Part shown: positions 28,508 to 38,774 of the stretch, piece after piece
How the letters are laid out: each line of letters begins with the position of its first letter
Position numbering within the stretch: the first letter of the stretch is position 1
Translations under genes and position numbers: made by a program
The notes under the pieces: model-generated
Told to the model about the DNA's origin: nothing
What the model saw: the letters and a program-made list of their open reading frames with translations, nothing else
The model's database searches: none
Sequence record: KT895374.1
Reading direction: 5' to 3' (one strand)
Length of the DNA stretch: 64,000 bases

Positions 28508-28584
28508 TATGATATAGTGCGGCTAAATGTCGCACTATTTATTTTGATATTACAATTTAATTGTAAAGAAAGGTTGATATCTAG

Positions 28585-29382
28585 ATGATTAAACAGGGAA
28601 ATATTCGTGTCTTTGATAGCAATATTGCTTCTCAGCAGTCTTTCTTTACTGGAGCACCTAACTTAAAGCAATTAGCTTTTGATCCTTTAGTTACTGGATA
28701 TGCTTTTATTATCTGGACTAAATTACCAAAATGGATGGAAAAAGAATATCCTGGATTTAAAAGTCTAACGCAAAAAAACTTTAAAAGTTTCTCTGGTATT
28801 GAAGACATCGAATTACAAACACAAGAGTACCAATACGGCTTTGCGAATAACAACTATAACGTAGCCGCAGGTATTACAAAAAATAATACTGATTTCACAA
28901 TTAAACACCAAGAATTTTCTGGTTCACCTATTAAAAATATGTATCAAGCTTGGGTATCAGGTATTTCTGATCCTGAAACTGGTATTGCTACTTACCCAAA
29001 ACTATATGGTATGGAGTATGCGGCTAAAAACCATACAGGTGAATTAATTTATGTTGTTACACGTCCTGACGTTAATAACGTAGACAAAAAGAATATTGAG
29101 TTTGCGGCTTGCTACACTAACGTAATGCCTACTCGTATTCCTTTAGCTCATTTAGAGTATAATCAGGGTTCTCATGACTTAGTAGAGCTAGATATTACTT
29201 TTAAAGGTAATATGCACATCTCTAGCAAGGTTGATGACTTTGCTAAGAAAGTTCTCTCTACTACTTATTCATTCGTTACTGAAGGTCTATTTGATCCTGA
29301 AAACGCTAAGAATGGTGGAAGAGCACTTCCTGAAATGGCTACTTCTAATGGTAGTACTCGTCAGGGTAGTGGAGATATCTAA
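28585..29382 (+). CDS. Tail tube protein
   Basis: Follows sheath; high-expression codon bias; QEFSGSPI..WVSGISDPETG..YVVTRPD..FAACYTNVMPT tube-like pattern. Confidence 0.75.
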   Translation: MIKQGNIRVFDSNIASQQSFFTGAPNLKQLAFDPLVTGYAFIIWTKLPKWMEKEYPGFKSLTQKNFKSFSGIEDIELQTQEYQYGFANNNYNVAAGITKNNTDFTIKHQEFSGSPIKNMYQAWVSGISDPETGIATYPKLYGMEYAAKNHTGELIYVVTRPDVNNVDKKNIEFAACYTNVMPTRIPLAHLEYNQGSHDLVELDITFKGNMHISSKVDDFAKKVLSTTYSFVTEGLFDPENAKNGGRALPEMATSNGSTRQGSGDI

Positions 29383-29389
29383 AAATAAT

Positions 29390-29427
29390 AAACTATAAAT
29401 CCAGTTAATTCTGGATTTATAGTTTTT
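29390..29427. terminator. Bidirectional terminator
   Basis: aaactataaatccag-ttaatt-ctggatttatagttt. Confidence 0.8.
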
Positions 29428-29432
29428 CTAAT

Positions 29433-31661
29433 TTAGAATCCTTGATCATCTAAACCTGAATCGGCTTGATCGTTATCCTTTGGTTCTTTTAAATTTTCTT
29501 CATTAATACCTGTAATAGTATTAGTATATAATTGGTCCATTTTATCCCAATCAATATTAGCAAGAATTTCTTTTGAGACATTTTTTCTAAAATCACGTTT
29601 GATTCTAGAATCAGTCTCATCTTCGGAAATATAATTTGATGTAATGAAGTCGATCATCTGACTAGCATTACTTATCTGATCATTAATGTTATTAATATTT
29701 AACGTTAATGGCGGTGGGAATGATACTGAAATATCATTTAAATCAATATAGTCTTCATTTTTAGATCTATTACTAACCAGCTCATTTTCTTCTTTAGTAT
29801 TATTGTTTACCATAAATTCATTATAATAAAGGATTCTTATTAGTTCAGAACAGCTTTCAGCAAATGTGTGTTGATCTGATACAATTTTTCTGACAAAGGT
29901 AGAATTTTGCATAGCTAAAGATCTAGAGAATTCTACTTCTTGAGAAGCATCTACAAAGTTTGCAGGAATTCCTGTACCTGAAATGGCACTCTTTAGTAGA
30001 AATTCAAGAAATTCTTTATCAACATCAGAATTAATACCACTTAAGACATCAAAATCGACCATCTTTTCTCCATCAAATAATGGGATAAATAAATCCTGAT
30101 TAGCTCCAATATTTCTAAAGATTGATGTCATACTTTTTAACATATCAGTTGGGAGTTCTTTAGATTTAAAATCTTTTACTACTTCCTGAATAGTTCCTTC
30201 AGTATCATTATCAATTCCTGTTTCTACATAAACAATTCTTTTTTCTCTACCTTTAGTAATTTTCTGCATTAATTCATTTATTAATGTAGCAATATAAAGT
30301 TTAGAATGGAATAAACTTCTACTTAGTCTTGATCGTCCATAAATATTGTCTTTCTCTGGTGTAAAATGAACAACTTCTTCAGGAGCGAGATAAGTTATTT
30401 TTACAGGTTTCTCGGTAATGTAACGGTCTTTAAGAAGCATATAAATATATTCTTTAAAATCTTTATTCTTAAGAACTACATTATTATCAATTTTCTTAGA
30501 TATTCCTTTTACAAATATATTTGCAATAACTTCTTCTCGATCTCTAAATTTGCTTTTTTCAATATCAACCCTTGCATCAAAAAAGTCATTAACAGGACCA
30601 ACATAAGCACCATTTGGATTGTCATCAGCACTGTCTTTCTCAATATAAATATAACCAAAGTTTACGCCATCTACTTCTAATTTAATAGTCTTATCAGGTT
30701 TTAAATTACGAATAATAGAGCCATTAATATTGAAATTAGTATATTTTGAGTCTTTTGATTCTAATTCATTTTTCTTAGCTCTTTTTCTATTTAATTGAGC
30801 CAATGTTTTATCATCAATATCTAATAAAGATCTTCTTGTATCTTCATCATATTTGACATTTTTATTAAGTATTTCAGTTGCTGATTTCTGAATATCTTTA
30901 TAAATTTCAAATTCTTTTGGACTATTTTGAGTCTTACTTTCTTTATTTTGAGCAATAATAGATTCAGTAATAAATTTTACATTCTCATCAATCTCAATAT
31001 CTTTTGATATTATTTCTTTATTGACAATTATATCTTCCTTTAACATCATTCTATTAAATTCTTTATCATATTGTAGAACTGCTACAAATTGGTCTCCATA
31101 AATCAATGATTCTAATAATCTTTCTTTAAATAGAGTATTCAATTTATATTTATTTTTTAATCGACCAATATTTTCTATAACATTTTCATTTTTATTTGAA
31201 ACTTCTAATGTCCCTTTATACATAACATTAACAGAATCTTTAGTTAAGTCATCTGGCGACATAATAGTGTCTCTATAAATATCAATACAGTCAGCAATCT
31301 GTGGGATATAAGAATAAATCTCGTAGTAATCATTATATCTTGAGAATCTATCTTTTTCAAATCCTAAGAGACGTCCTAAATTTTCTTTAGATACTAGATC
31401 TTCAATAATCTTTTTATTTTTAACTGGATTCGTATTCTTAGGTTTCTTTTTCTCATCTTCATCCATTATTCTAGTAATAAGGTCTACTGTACTAATCGGT
31501 GCAGTAGATCCATCTTTACTACCATTTAAGTTCTTTATAACATTTTGTACTTTAGCGGTATCTTTTTTCAATAAACTATCTGAATCAATACCGTAAATTT
31601 TCTCATCTATATCATTGCTAATTTTATCAATTTTGTCTTTATTGTCAGGCATTCTTTTCAC
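29433..31661 (-). CDS. Portal protein (gp20-like)
   Basis: IPQIADCIDIYRD, LIYGDQF, YGRSRLSRS..LYI, GREKRIVYV, ISGTGIPANF, pattern of gp20-like portals. Confidence 0.8.
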   Translation of the reverse strand: MKRMPDNKDKIDKISNDIDEKIYGIDSDSLLKKDTAKVQNVIKNLNGSKDGSTAPISTVDLITRIMDEDEKKKPKNTNPVKNKKIIEDLVSKENLGRLLGFEKDRFSRYNDYYEIYSYIPQIADCIDIYRDTIMSPDDLTKDSVNVMYKGTLEVSNKNENVIENIGRLKNKYKLNTLFKERLLESLIYGDQFVAVLQYDKEFNRMMLKEDIIVNKEIISKDIEIDENVKFITESIIAQNKESKTQNSPKEFEIYKDIQKSATEILNKNVKYDEDTRRSLLDIDDKTLAQLNRKRAKKNELESKDSKYTNFNINGSIIRNLKPDKTIKLEVDGVNFGYIYIEKDSADDNPNGAYVGPVNDFFDARVDIEKSKFRDREEVIANIFVKGISKKIDNNVVLKNKDFKEYIYMLLKDRYITEKPVKITYLAPEEVVHFTPEKDNIYGRSRLSRSLFHSKLYIATLINELMQKITKGREKRIVYVETGIDNDTEGTIQEVVKDFKSKELPTDMLKSMTSIFRNIGANQDLFIPLFDGEKMVDFDVLSGINSDVDKEFLEFLLKSAISGTGIPANFVDASQEVEFSRSLAMQNSTFVRKIVSDQHTFAESCSELIRILYYNEFMVNNNTKEENELVSNRSKNEDYIDLNDISVSFPPPLTLNINNINDQISNASQMIDFITSNYISEDETDSRIKRDFRKNVSKEILANIDWDKMDQLYTNTITGINEENLKEPKDNDQADSGLDDQGF

Positions 31662-31679
31662 ATCCTATTTATATTCCTT

Positions 31680-31691
31680 TATTTAAATGTT
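31680..31691 (-). promoter_or_regulatory. Late promoter for portal
   Basis: aaca-tttaaa-ta. Confidence 0.7.
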
Positions 31692-31710
31692 TTTATTTTT
31701 AAGAAATAGA

Positions 31711-31750
31711 AAAAAAAAAAATAAGAATATCCCATATGGAATATTCTTAT
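31711..31750 (-). terminator. Terminator of polymerase operon
   Basis: ataagaatat-cccatatgga-atattcttat with A10 on plus strand (U-tract on minus). Confidence 0.75.
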
Positions 31751-31757
31751 TAAATAA

Positions 31758-32525
31758 TTATAGAATATCTGTTACCAAATTATATTGAGTGAAAGTACCT
31801 ATTTTTTTAATATCGTCCACTATCCATTCAATTAAAAATAAGTTTTTTTCTAGGTTATATTCTCTAATGTTTACTTTTATGTTACTTGCACCTACAACTA
31901 CCTTTTTAGAGGTTTTTGATTTTAAACCACTAATAAATTTTTTATTAAATATTACCTGTAAGTAACTTTCAATATCTTTTGGTAGATCATTAATGAAAAC
32001 TTTCTTTTCAATACTTTCACTATCAAACTCAAAATATATACTAAATGGTTTATTACCGTAGTTAAACATTTCAATACTTTGCTCTTCTTTGAAATGATAA
32101 GTTGCTAATATTTCTTTTTCTTCACCAAGATAATCCCATATCGTATCCTTAAAAAAACTCTCATTCAACTTATTATGGATTTTAAAATCTACCAGTGGAA
32201 TATCAGTTTCAAATAAAATTTCATTAGGAGTAATAGCCACTTTGTTAACATTCTGTCTATAAGAATTAAAAAATCCATATAATCTTGATCCATATATCTC
32301 AGTATTTAACTCACCAAAAATTTCATTAATTTTTTTATTTTTATGTTCATTAACTTCAAAATATACATATTTAGAATATTGATTATTGCTGATACATCTT
32401 ACTTTATTGTCCTTAATATAATATAATCCATTTTCTTCTATATTAATATTCTTTACTGTATCATTTACTTTATTTAGATATAAGCAAAATTCTTTAACTT
32501 CTTTTGGATCATCAATAATAATCAT
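31758..32525 (-). CDS. Hypothetical protein coupled to DNA polymerase gene
   Basis: 255 aa, ATGA overlap with polymerase exon 2. Confidence 0.7.
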   Translation of the reverse strand: MIIIDDPKEVKEFCLYLNKVNDTVKNINIEENGLYYIKDNKVRCISNNQYSKYVYFEVNEHKNKKINEIFGELNTEIYGSRLYGFFNSYRQNVNKVAITPNEILFETDIPLVDFKIHNKLNESFFKDTIWDYLGEEKEILATYHFKEEQSIEMFNYGNKPFSIYFEFDSESIEKKVFINDLPKDIESYLQVIFNKKFISGLKSKTSKKVVVGASNIKVNIREYNLEKNLFLIEWIVDDIKKIGTFTQYNLVTDIL

Positions 32526-33286
32526 TTGAAGACTACACTTCCTTTTTCCTCAATAGCATCAATGACTTCATCTAAATTAGGAAGATTAAACCACTTATGA
32601 GAAAAAGCAACTGGATCATTGGCGATTAGATCGTCAGCAATCTCTGGACCTTTATCTATTTTCTCATCGTTTTCATCTCTATCATATAAAGTAATTTTAC
32701 CAATTAATGTTTCTGAACCGATATTAAATGCCCTCATAATAGAAGGATATAGTGCGGCTAAGTCAAAGTCTACGCAGTTATCAAAGATATTTTTAGATAA
32801 TTTATCTTCAAGTACTTCATTTCCTACATAATCAACTAATCCTGGATCTGCAACAAAACCTCCACGAACTTTACCTTCAGGTTTTTCTTCAATAGCCGCT
32901 CTGTTATTAGAAATAACGAATCCTCTTTGATCAAGATGCATAGAGTAAATATTTCTAAGACAGATAGTTTTCTTCATTGCCTTTTCAATTCTTGTACCTG
33001 TTAACATTGAAATTTGATAAATCATATCAACATCTTTGTTCTTCTCTTCCATTAACATCATCATAATTGTATCTTGAATGTTATAGAACATGAATTTCTT
33101 ATAATCTCTAATATGGAAATCATGAAAATCTCCATCAATGTCATCTTTTCTCATTCCTACTTCTTTTTCACCGATATAATCTAATGAGTAGGATTCTTCT
33201 TTACCCTGACCTTTTCTTAAGTTAGCATATAGGTTCATCGCATCTAAATAAACAGAGTAACTAGTAACATTAAATTCATTATTATT
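32522..33286 (-). CDS. Family B DNA polymerase N-terminal subunit, exon 2
   Basis: YSLDYIGEKEVG, ExoIII YNIQD, polymerase motif A DFDLAALYPSIM. Confidence 0.88.
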   Translation of the reverse strand, partial: NNNEFNVTSYSVYLDAMNLYANLRKGQGKEESYSLDYIGEKEVGMRKDDIDGDFHDFHIRDYKKFMFYNIQDTIMMMLMEEKNKDVDMIYQISMLTGTRIEKAMKKTICLRNIYSMHLDQRGFVISNNRAAIEEKPEGKVRGGFVADPGLVDYVGNEVLEDKLSKNIFDNCVDFDLAALYPSIMRAFNIGSETLIGKITLYDRDENDEKIDKGPEIADDLIANDPVAFSHKWFNLPNLDEVIDAIEEKGSVVFK

Positions 33287-33608
33287 CGTTTTCTTCATAC
33301 AGGTTCGCTAATCCTGTACCGACAATTGTATTGTCAGCTCTATGTTTCCATAGAGACGAGACTATATCTTCATCTTATAATTTTATATAAGATGTTTCCT
33401 TTTTCCAATAGGCTTCTATTGTACTCTACTTGCTTAATAATAAGCTTTTGATAGTCGTTGAACCTTCCCCTTATTAGAGGATTGGCTGCTGATTGTCCAA
33501 CCCTATTAATTTTTAACTATCACGCTCACCGTTACCAGTCACGTTGTAGTTTAATAGATTCTAAGGATATTCCAGCAATTAAAGAAATTTAAAGCCGACC
33601 ATTTGTCC
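33287..33608 (-). mobile_element. ORF-less group I intron in DNA polymerase
   Basis: P1 GCCGAU|...GUCGGC with U-G pair, P/Q/R/S elements, P9 hairpins, terminal G; in-frame join QDPAD|NNNEF; exact 3' site inferred. Confidence 0.88.
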
Positions 33609-34535
33609 ATCGGCTGGATCTTGGTTTCTTAAGTCCTTATGGTATCTAATCTTTTTATATTTAAAATCTTTAGGTACAATTACATCTTTAGGATCTACAC
33701 CTAATTTTACTAATCTATTCATCATTGTTGGATTATCAAAACCGTGTCCATTCCAAGCTAATACAAAGTCTGGTCTAATTTCCTCATTAATAATCTCATA
33801 ATATCTTTTAATTAGATCAAGTTCACTTTCATACTCTTCAATAACAAATTCCATGTCTCTGCCATTTAAAGGTTCTTTATATTTTTCTTTCAATTCTTCA
33901 ATAAGACCATTAACATTACTCATTGTTTCTACATAAGAATCATGATCATATTTTAAACACAATGTATAGGTTTTTAAATTATGCATATCAGTCAGTGTTG
34001 CAATATTAACAGGTGCTAATGCCTCTTCAGGATCAGGAAATCCATTAATATTGCTAACATCATTTTCTATATCGTATACCACTTTAGTTAGCGGATACTG
34101 ATTTTCTTCACTTGGATACTTCTTAAGAAATTCAGAAATATAATAATCTTGAATGTTTACGTCTGATCCGTGAACTCGATTATCTAGATGAATTCTTCTT
34201 AGTTTTTGTCCGATATTATATTTATCATCAGAGTTAAAGATACTATCATAATATCTTTTAAGTCCTGGATCGTCTAATGTTTGGATAATTGATTTATAAA
34301 CGTCCTTATAAAAGCATTTAACGGGATATACTTTTTCTTTAGAAATAAAATTTAATTTCTCTTGACTTTCCCAATATTCTGGTTTTGTTACATAGTATTG
34401 CAAAGTAGGTTTCTCAATAGTTTTTAATATTTTCTTACCGTTTTTATCTTTAATAATAAATAAGATTTTATCAGAATCCATACCAGCTTTTCTATCTTGA
34501 TAAATATAGTGGGTATTAATTAATTGAAACGACAA
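33609..34535 (-). CDS. Family B DNA polymerase N-terminal subunit, exon 1 (3'-5' exonuclease)
   Basis: ExoI YDIEND, ExoII LAWNGHGFD; likely TTG start 34535 after SD agagga. Confidence 0.88.
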
Positions 34536-34636
34536 AAAGACCAATCCTCTCTTTATAACCTTGATTCTATCAATTTTTAGTTTATTATTCTCATAAAAAG
34601 AAACAGATTTGAAATTAATCAAATCTGTTTAATTTA

Positions 34637-37363
34637 TTATACTGAAAAGATAATATTTTTATTTGACATAAATTCTTTATCATTAACATCAATATCATTT
34701 CCATTTAATAATATTAGATCAGATGAACTTGAATGGAACTCACTGTTATGTGAGATAATGAATACTTGTTCAATTCCTAGTTTCTTAATCTGATCATCTA
34801 ATAAAGATAGAAATAATCTTCTATTTTCTGTTGATAAAGCACCATCAATTTCATCAAGATATAAAATATTATATCTAGTGGTTTCCATTAATCTTTCAAT
34901 CATTCCCAAAGATAATGAAATAGTTGTTAGTGAAACCTCTCCTTGAGAAGCTTCTACAATATCTTTTAATTGAGTACCATCAGATTTTAGAACATTAACA
35001 AAGAAATCAGAAGAATTAATATCAAATTTAATTTTAAACTGGTTTCCATAGGCAATAGAAAGTAAATTATTAATTCTAATAGAAATGTCTTTTAAATAAT
35101 TATCAATAAAGAATAATGGAATACCTTTCTTTGGATCTAAAGCATCTTTAATCAAGGAATAAGTATCAAAATTCTTTTTAACGTTTTCTAAATCTTCAGT
35201 ATATCGTTCTAAAATTGTTAAATTTGCTCTTGTTTCGTTAATTTTGCTTTCAAGATTTTTTTCTTCTAATTTTTGATTCTTCAAAGTTTCATTAATGATT
35301 TTAATAATTGAGTTTTCCCTATCAATAATATCTTTCTTATGAGATAACTCTTTTTCTTTATTTTTATATTTTTCAAGTTCTTCTTTTTTATCTTCTTCTT
35401 GATTAAGAATTGAAATTAATGAATTGAAGATTTCAATTTTGTAACTAGATTTATTGATCTTATTAGTGAAATCTTCGATATCCTTTTTAATTTCTATCAT
35501 TTTATTTTTTTCTGAATTAAGTTCTAATTCGAGGTCTTTAATTTCTTCACGAATATTATCTAATAAAATCTTTTGTTTCTCATGGAGTTCAAGATTATTC
35601 TCTAACTCTCTAATGCGAGATTCTTCATTTTCAATGTTAGATTTTATTGTAACAGATTCCATGATCTCATTGGTATTGAATACTTTATTTAGATTACTAA
35701 TACCATATTTAGCAACTCTTAATAGTACTTCAGTAGGAGTTTCATCTTTAACAATAAACTCTTTAATTAATTCATTATTTTTCATCTTATAACTAAATGC
35801 ATTCAATTCTTTCATATAATCAATAAATTCTTTACGGTAAGTAATTTCTCTCTCAATAGTCTCTTTATTTTTAATTTCCATTTCTAGATTTGTTTTTAAA
35901 TCCTCTAATCTAGAATAATCATTATTCTTATAATCTAATGCTTTAACGATAAAAGGACATGTGTCAATAACACAATCAGATGGTCTGTTAGATAGAGTTT
36001 CTAGTAAATAATTATTAGAATTAATATGATTAATTTCCTCTCTTAATTGATTAATTCGATTAGAGGAGTTTTCTAGCTTTACTAGATAATTTTCAGCATC
36101 ATTAATATATGATGTGACAATATCAATAGTAATAGCATCAATAACATGGCTGTTTGTTTTGTTAATTAATGTTTCTACCCCATCTTTAATCTGAGATACT
36201 AAGTTACTATAGTTAGATATTTCATTTAAAGGAACATTTAGATCTTTATAGCTGTTGGAGTTAAGCTTATTAGTTAATACTGATAAACCCTCTTTACGAT
36301 TATTGATAGTTTCTCTTAAACTATCAATATCAATTTCATCATTTAAACTACTTTTCTTTTTCTTTAATGAATTATCAATCTTAAAAATATTCTCTTGGAT
36401 TGATTGTAAATCTTTATTCTTATCATCTAAGGCAGTTTTATAATTTATTAGCCTTTCAGTGGTCTCAGCTAGAAGTTTTTGTAATTTTTCTAAACTAAAT
36501 TCTTTTAATTCAGGATGTTTATTATATGCATTATCTTTAAATGCATAAAATTGTACAAGTTCTTTTTCTTCTGATTTAACCTTTTTAGAAATTGTTTGCA
36601 AGTCTTGTTCTAAGAATAATAATTCTCCATAACCTAATTCTTTTAAAATATTATTTATAGTAAATGATTTACTTAATACAGTCTTTTCATTTTCTTTTAT
36701 TGATTTTCTTATTTCTTCAATTTTTTCATTTGAAGATTTAAGAGATAATTCCATATTGTCTTTAGAATCTAACTTATCTAATTGACCTGATATACTTTTC
36801 ATAGTAGATTTAACTTCAGTAAATTTTTCTTTAACAATTTCAAATGCTTCTAGATACTCATCAATATTAGGTAGGAAATTATGCATATAGCTTTTTCTCT
36901 CTGAAGTTTTCATATTGATAAAAGTATTTACATTACTACCTAATCTCCCAATTCTAAAATAATCTTTACCTAAGTTTACCTCATCTTTAATACATTGATC
37001 AAAAGTTTTAATTCCACCATTTTCATTTAACTCTTTTCCATTTTTAGAGATAAATGATTTATTTTTAGATCCATAATGATGAACTATTACGTATTCATCT
37101 TTATCATCTTTTAGATGAATTTCTTTTAATCCATTTTCTCCCTCTAAAATTAAATTTTTTCTTTCATCATTACTACCTCTTAACGGATGAAGTAGGCTCA
37201 TCATAGTAGTTTTTCCAGATCCATTACCACCTAATAACATAATAAATCTATTCTTAGACTTTTTAAAATCTAATTCAACCTCTTTTACTCCTAACCCTGC
37301 AAATATTCCTGCAAAGTTTACAAATTTAGCATACATTACTTTCATAAATAAAACTTCCCCCAA
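34637..37363 (-). CDS. sbcC: SbcC/Rad50-like ATPase
   Basis: Walker A GGNGSGKTT, long coiled coil with Zn-hook CVIDTCPF, signature SQGE, Walker B LYLDEIDGAL, IISH. Confidence 0.92.
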   Translation of the reverse strand: MGEVLFMKVMYAKFVNFAGIFAGLGVKEVELDFKKSKNRFIMLLGGNGSGKTTMMSLLHPLRGSNDERKNLILEGENGLKEIHLKDDKDEYVIVHHYGSKNKSFISKNGKELNENGGIKTFDQCIKDEVNLGKDYFRIGRLGSNVNTFINMKTSERKSYMHNFLPNIDEYLEAFEIVKEKFTEVKSTMKSISGQLDKLDSKDNMELSLKSSNEKIEEIRKSIKENEKTVLSKSFTINNILKELGYGELLFLEQDLQTISKKVKSEEKELVQFYAFKDNAYNKHPELKEFSLEKLQKLLAETTERLINYKTALDDKNKDLQSIQENIFKIDNSLKKKKSSLNDEIDIDSLRETINNRKEGLSVLTNKLNSNSYKDLNVPLNEISNYSNLVSQIKDGVETLINKTNSHVIDAITIDIVTSYINDAENYLVKLENSSNRINQLREEINHINSNNYLLETLSNRPSDCVIDTCPFIVKALDYKNNDYSRLEDLKTNLEMEIKNKETIEREITYRKEFIDYMKELNAFSYKMKNNELIKEFIVKDETPTEVLLRVAKYGISNLNKVFNTNEIMESVTIKSNIENEESRIRELENNLELHEKQKILLDNIREEIKDLELELNSEKNKMIEIKKDIEDFTNKINKSSYKIEIFNSLISILNQEEDKKEELEKYKNKEKELSHKKDIIDRENSIIKIINETLKNQKLEEKNLESKINETRANLTILERYTEDLENVKKNFDTYSLIKDALDPKKGIPLFFIDNYLKDISIRINNLLSIAYGNQFKIKFDINSSDFFVNVLKSDGTQLKDIVEASQGEVSLTTISLSLGMIERLMETTRYNILYLDEIDGALSTENRRLFLSLLDDQIKKLGIEQVFIISHNSEFHSSSSDLILLNGNDIDVNDKEFMSNKNIIFSV

Positions 37364-37389
37364 TAAATTATTTTTGTCTATACAATTTA

Positions 37390-37401
37390 ATAATATATTT
37401 T
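37390..37401 (-). promoter_or_regulatory. Early-type promoter for SbcC/polymerase operon
   Basis: aaaatatattat on minus strand (TATATTAT core). Confidence 0.5.
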
Positions 37402-37461
37402 TTTATTTTAATTTATTTTTTTATGAATATAATTCATAACATTAAATTACATCCCCCATTA

Positions 37462-37508
37462 AAAATATAAACATGATTATCTATAATAGATAATCATGTT
37501 TATATTTT
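37462..37508 (-). terminator. Terminator hairpin
   Basis: aaaatataaacatgattatcta/tagataatcatgtttatatttt long stem. Confidence 0.8.
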
Positions 37509-38226
37509 ATTCTTCAGTAAATTCTACTACTTCATAAATGTTTCCGTCTTCATCTATACCTATATCCATACCATCATCATCTTTAGCAAATTTAACTATA
37601 GGAGAATCAGGAATATCTGGATTTTCTACTATTGCCTCTTCTACATTATCATAGCAGTAGTAATTACCTTCCACATCAATAACGAATATATAGCGTTCTT
37701 CTTTAATTTCTTGTATTTCATTAATTTCAGGTTCAACAACTTCTTCATCTTTATTCTCTTGTTGTAATCTCTTTTCAATTAGGTCGTCAAGTTCTTCATC
37801 ATTTTTCTGTGATCCGACACTGGATGATTTATTTTCTTCAATAAGTTTATCAAGATTCTTTTTATCCCCTTTTAAAATAAGATCATACATATTTTCAAGA
37901 AGAGGTTTTAAATTACTATCAGATCCATCAAGATCTGATTCAAGATCCTTAATAGCTTTAGCAACCTTAATATCTGTTTCAGATTTAACTTTTTTAGCAT
38001 TTATAATCTGCTGGATAATTGAAACTTTATTAGACTTTAGAGAAATTAAATTTGATGTTTGATCTTGTATAAATTTAAGATTAGCTCCAGATCGACTATT
38101 TTTAATTACATCATAATGTCCTTTTATTTCATCATAAAGTTCATTTGTTTTCCCCAATTCTTCATAAAGGAGATTCATTTCATTACTTACATCTAAATCT
38201 TTAATATCTTCTCTGCTCATTAGCAA
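37507..38226 (-). CDS. Late hypothetical protein
   Basis: 239 aa, SD gggg, late promoter 38245..38256. Confidence 0.7.
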   Translation of the reverse strand: MLMSREDIKDLDVSNEMNLLYEELGKTNELYDEIKGHYDVIKNSRSGANLKFIQDQTSNLISLKSNKVSIIQQIINAKKVKSETDIKVAKAIKDLESDLDGSDSNLKPLLENMYDLILKGDKKNLDKLIEENKSSSVGSQKNDEELDDLIEKRLQQENKDEEVVEPEINEIQEIKEERYIFVIDVEGNYYCYDNVEEAIVENPDIPDSPIVKFAKDDDGMDIGIDEDGNIYEVVEFTEE

Positions 38227-38244
38227 TTTCCCCTTTTAGTATTC

Positions 38245-38256
38245 TAATATTTTGTT
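38245..38256 (-). promoter_or_regulatory. Late promoter
   Basis: aaca-aaatat-ta. Confidence 0.65.
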
Positions 38257-38285
38257 TTTATAATACGTAAGTAAATAAATTTTCA

Positions 38286-38297
38286 AGTATATATTAT
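38286..38297 (+). promoter_or_regulatory. Early-type promoter upstream of ncRNA candidate
   Basis: agtatatattat. Confidence 0.6.
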
Positions 38298-38299
38298 AA

Positions 38300-38753
38300 T
38301 GGTAACGATATCGAAACATTAGCCTTTCTGTTGTTTATATTCATATAGAATAATTTTGGGAAATGTTTGTTCATTTACACGGAAACTTATACGTTGCCCG
38401 TAGCTTTATTGTCAATAATAAAACAAGCATTAAACACAAGAAATAAACAGACAATAAAACTTGGCATTGAATGATATATTATCTAAATCGGGTAGACACT
38501 CATCAAGAAGCTACATAACTACCAGTGTATGAACGATAGAGTAAAACACACTCTAAAAAGATATATCATTCTCCCCAAAATAGAGAAGGTACGGTGGGAG
38601 GAGAATTGTATGAGAAATTCCAATATGGTAACAATCACCGTTTCCCAAAATTATCTATGGAAAGAAAAACAATTTAAGGTTAATGTTCTTTTATATAAAT
38701 AAATGGATGAGAGAGTTCTTAGTTGGGGGTTTCCCCAACTAAGGGCTTTTTTT
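38300..38753 (+). ncRNA. Large structured non-coding RNA candidate of unknown class
   Basis: Nested long-range helices 38315-26/38676-87, 38345-65/38639-58, 38405-13/38450-58, 38469-79/38561-71 with G-U pairs; bounded by promoter and terminator; no credible ORF. Confidence 0.6.
38716..38753 (+). terminator. Strong intrinsic terminator
   Basis: cttagttgggg-gttt-ccccaactaag then T-tract. Confidence 0.85.
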
Positions 38754-38774
38754 GGCAAAGGGAGGATATTGAAA

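Noticed and set aside
28513-32761. atagtgcggctaa shared by a hairpin (28513) and the polymerase coding region (~32750)
   Set aside because: Only two copies, one dictated by LAALY codons; most likely chance.
38300-38753. tmRNA, RNase P, SRP RNA or group II intron identity for the structured RNA
   Set aside because: No GGGG..CCA acceptor ends or ALAA-type tag, no GAGGAAAGUCC, no SRP GGAA loop motif, no domain V catalytic triad.
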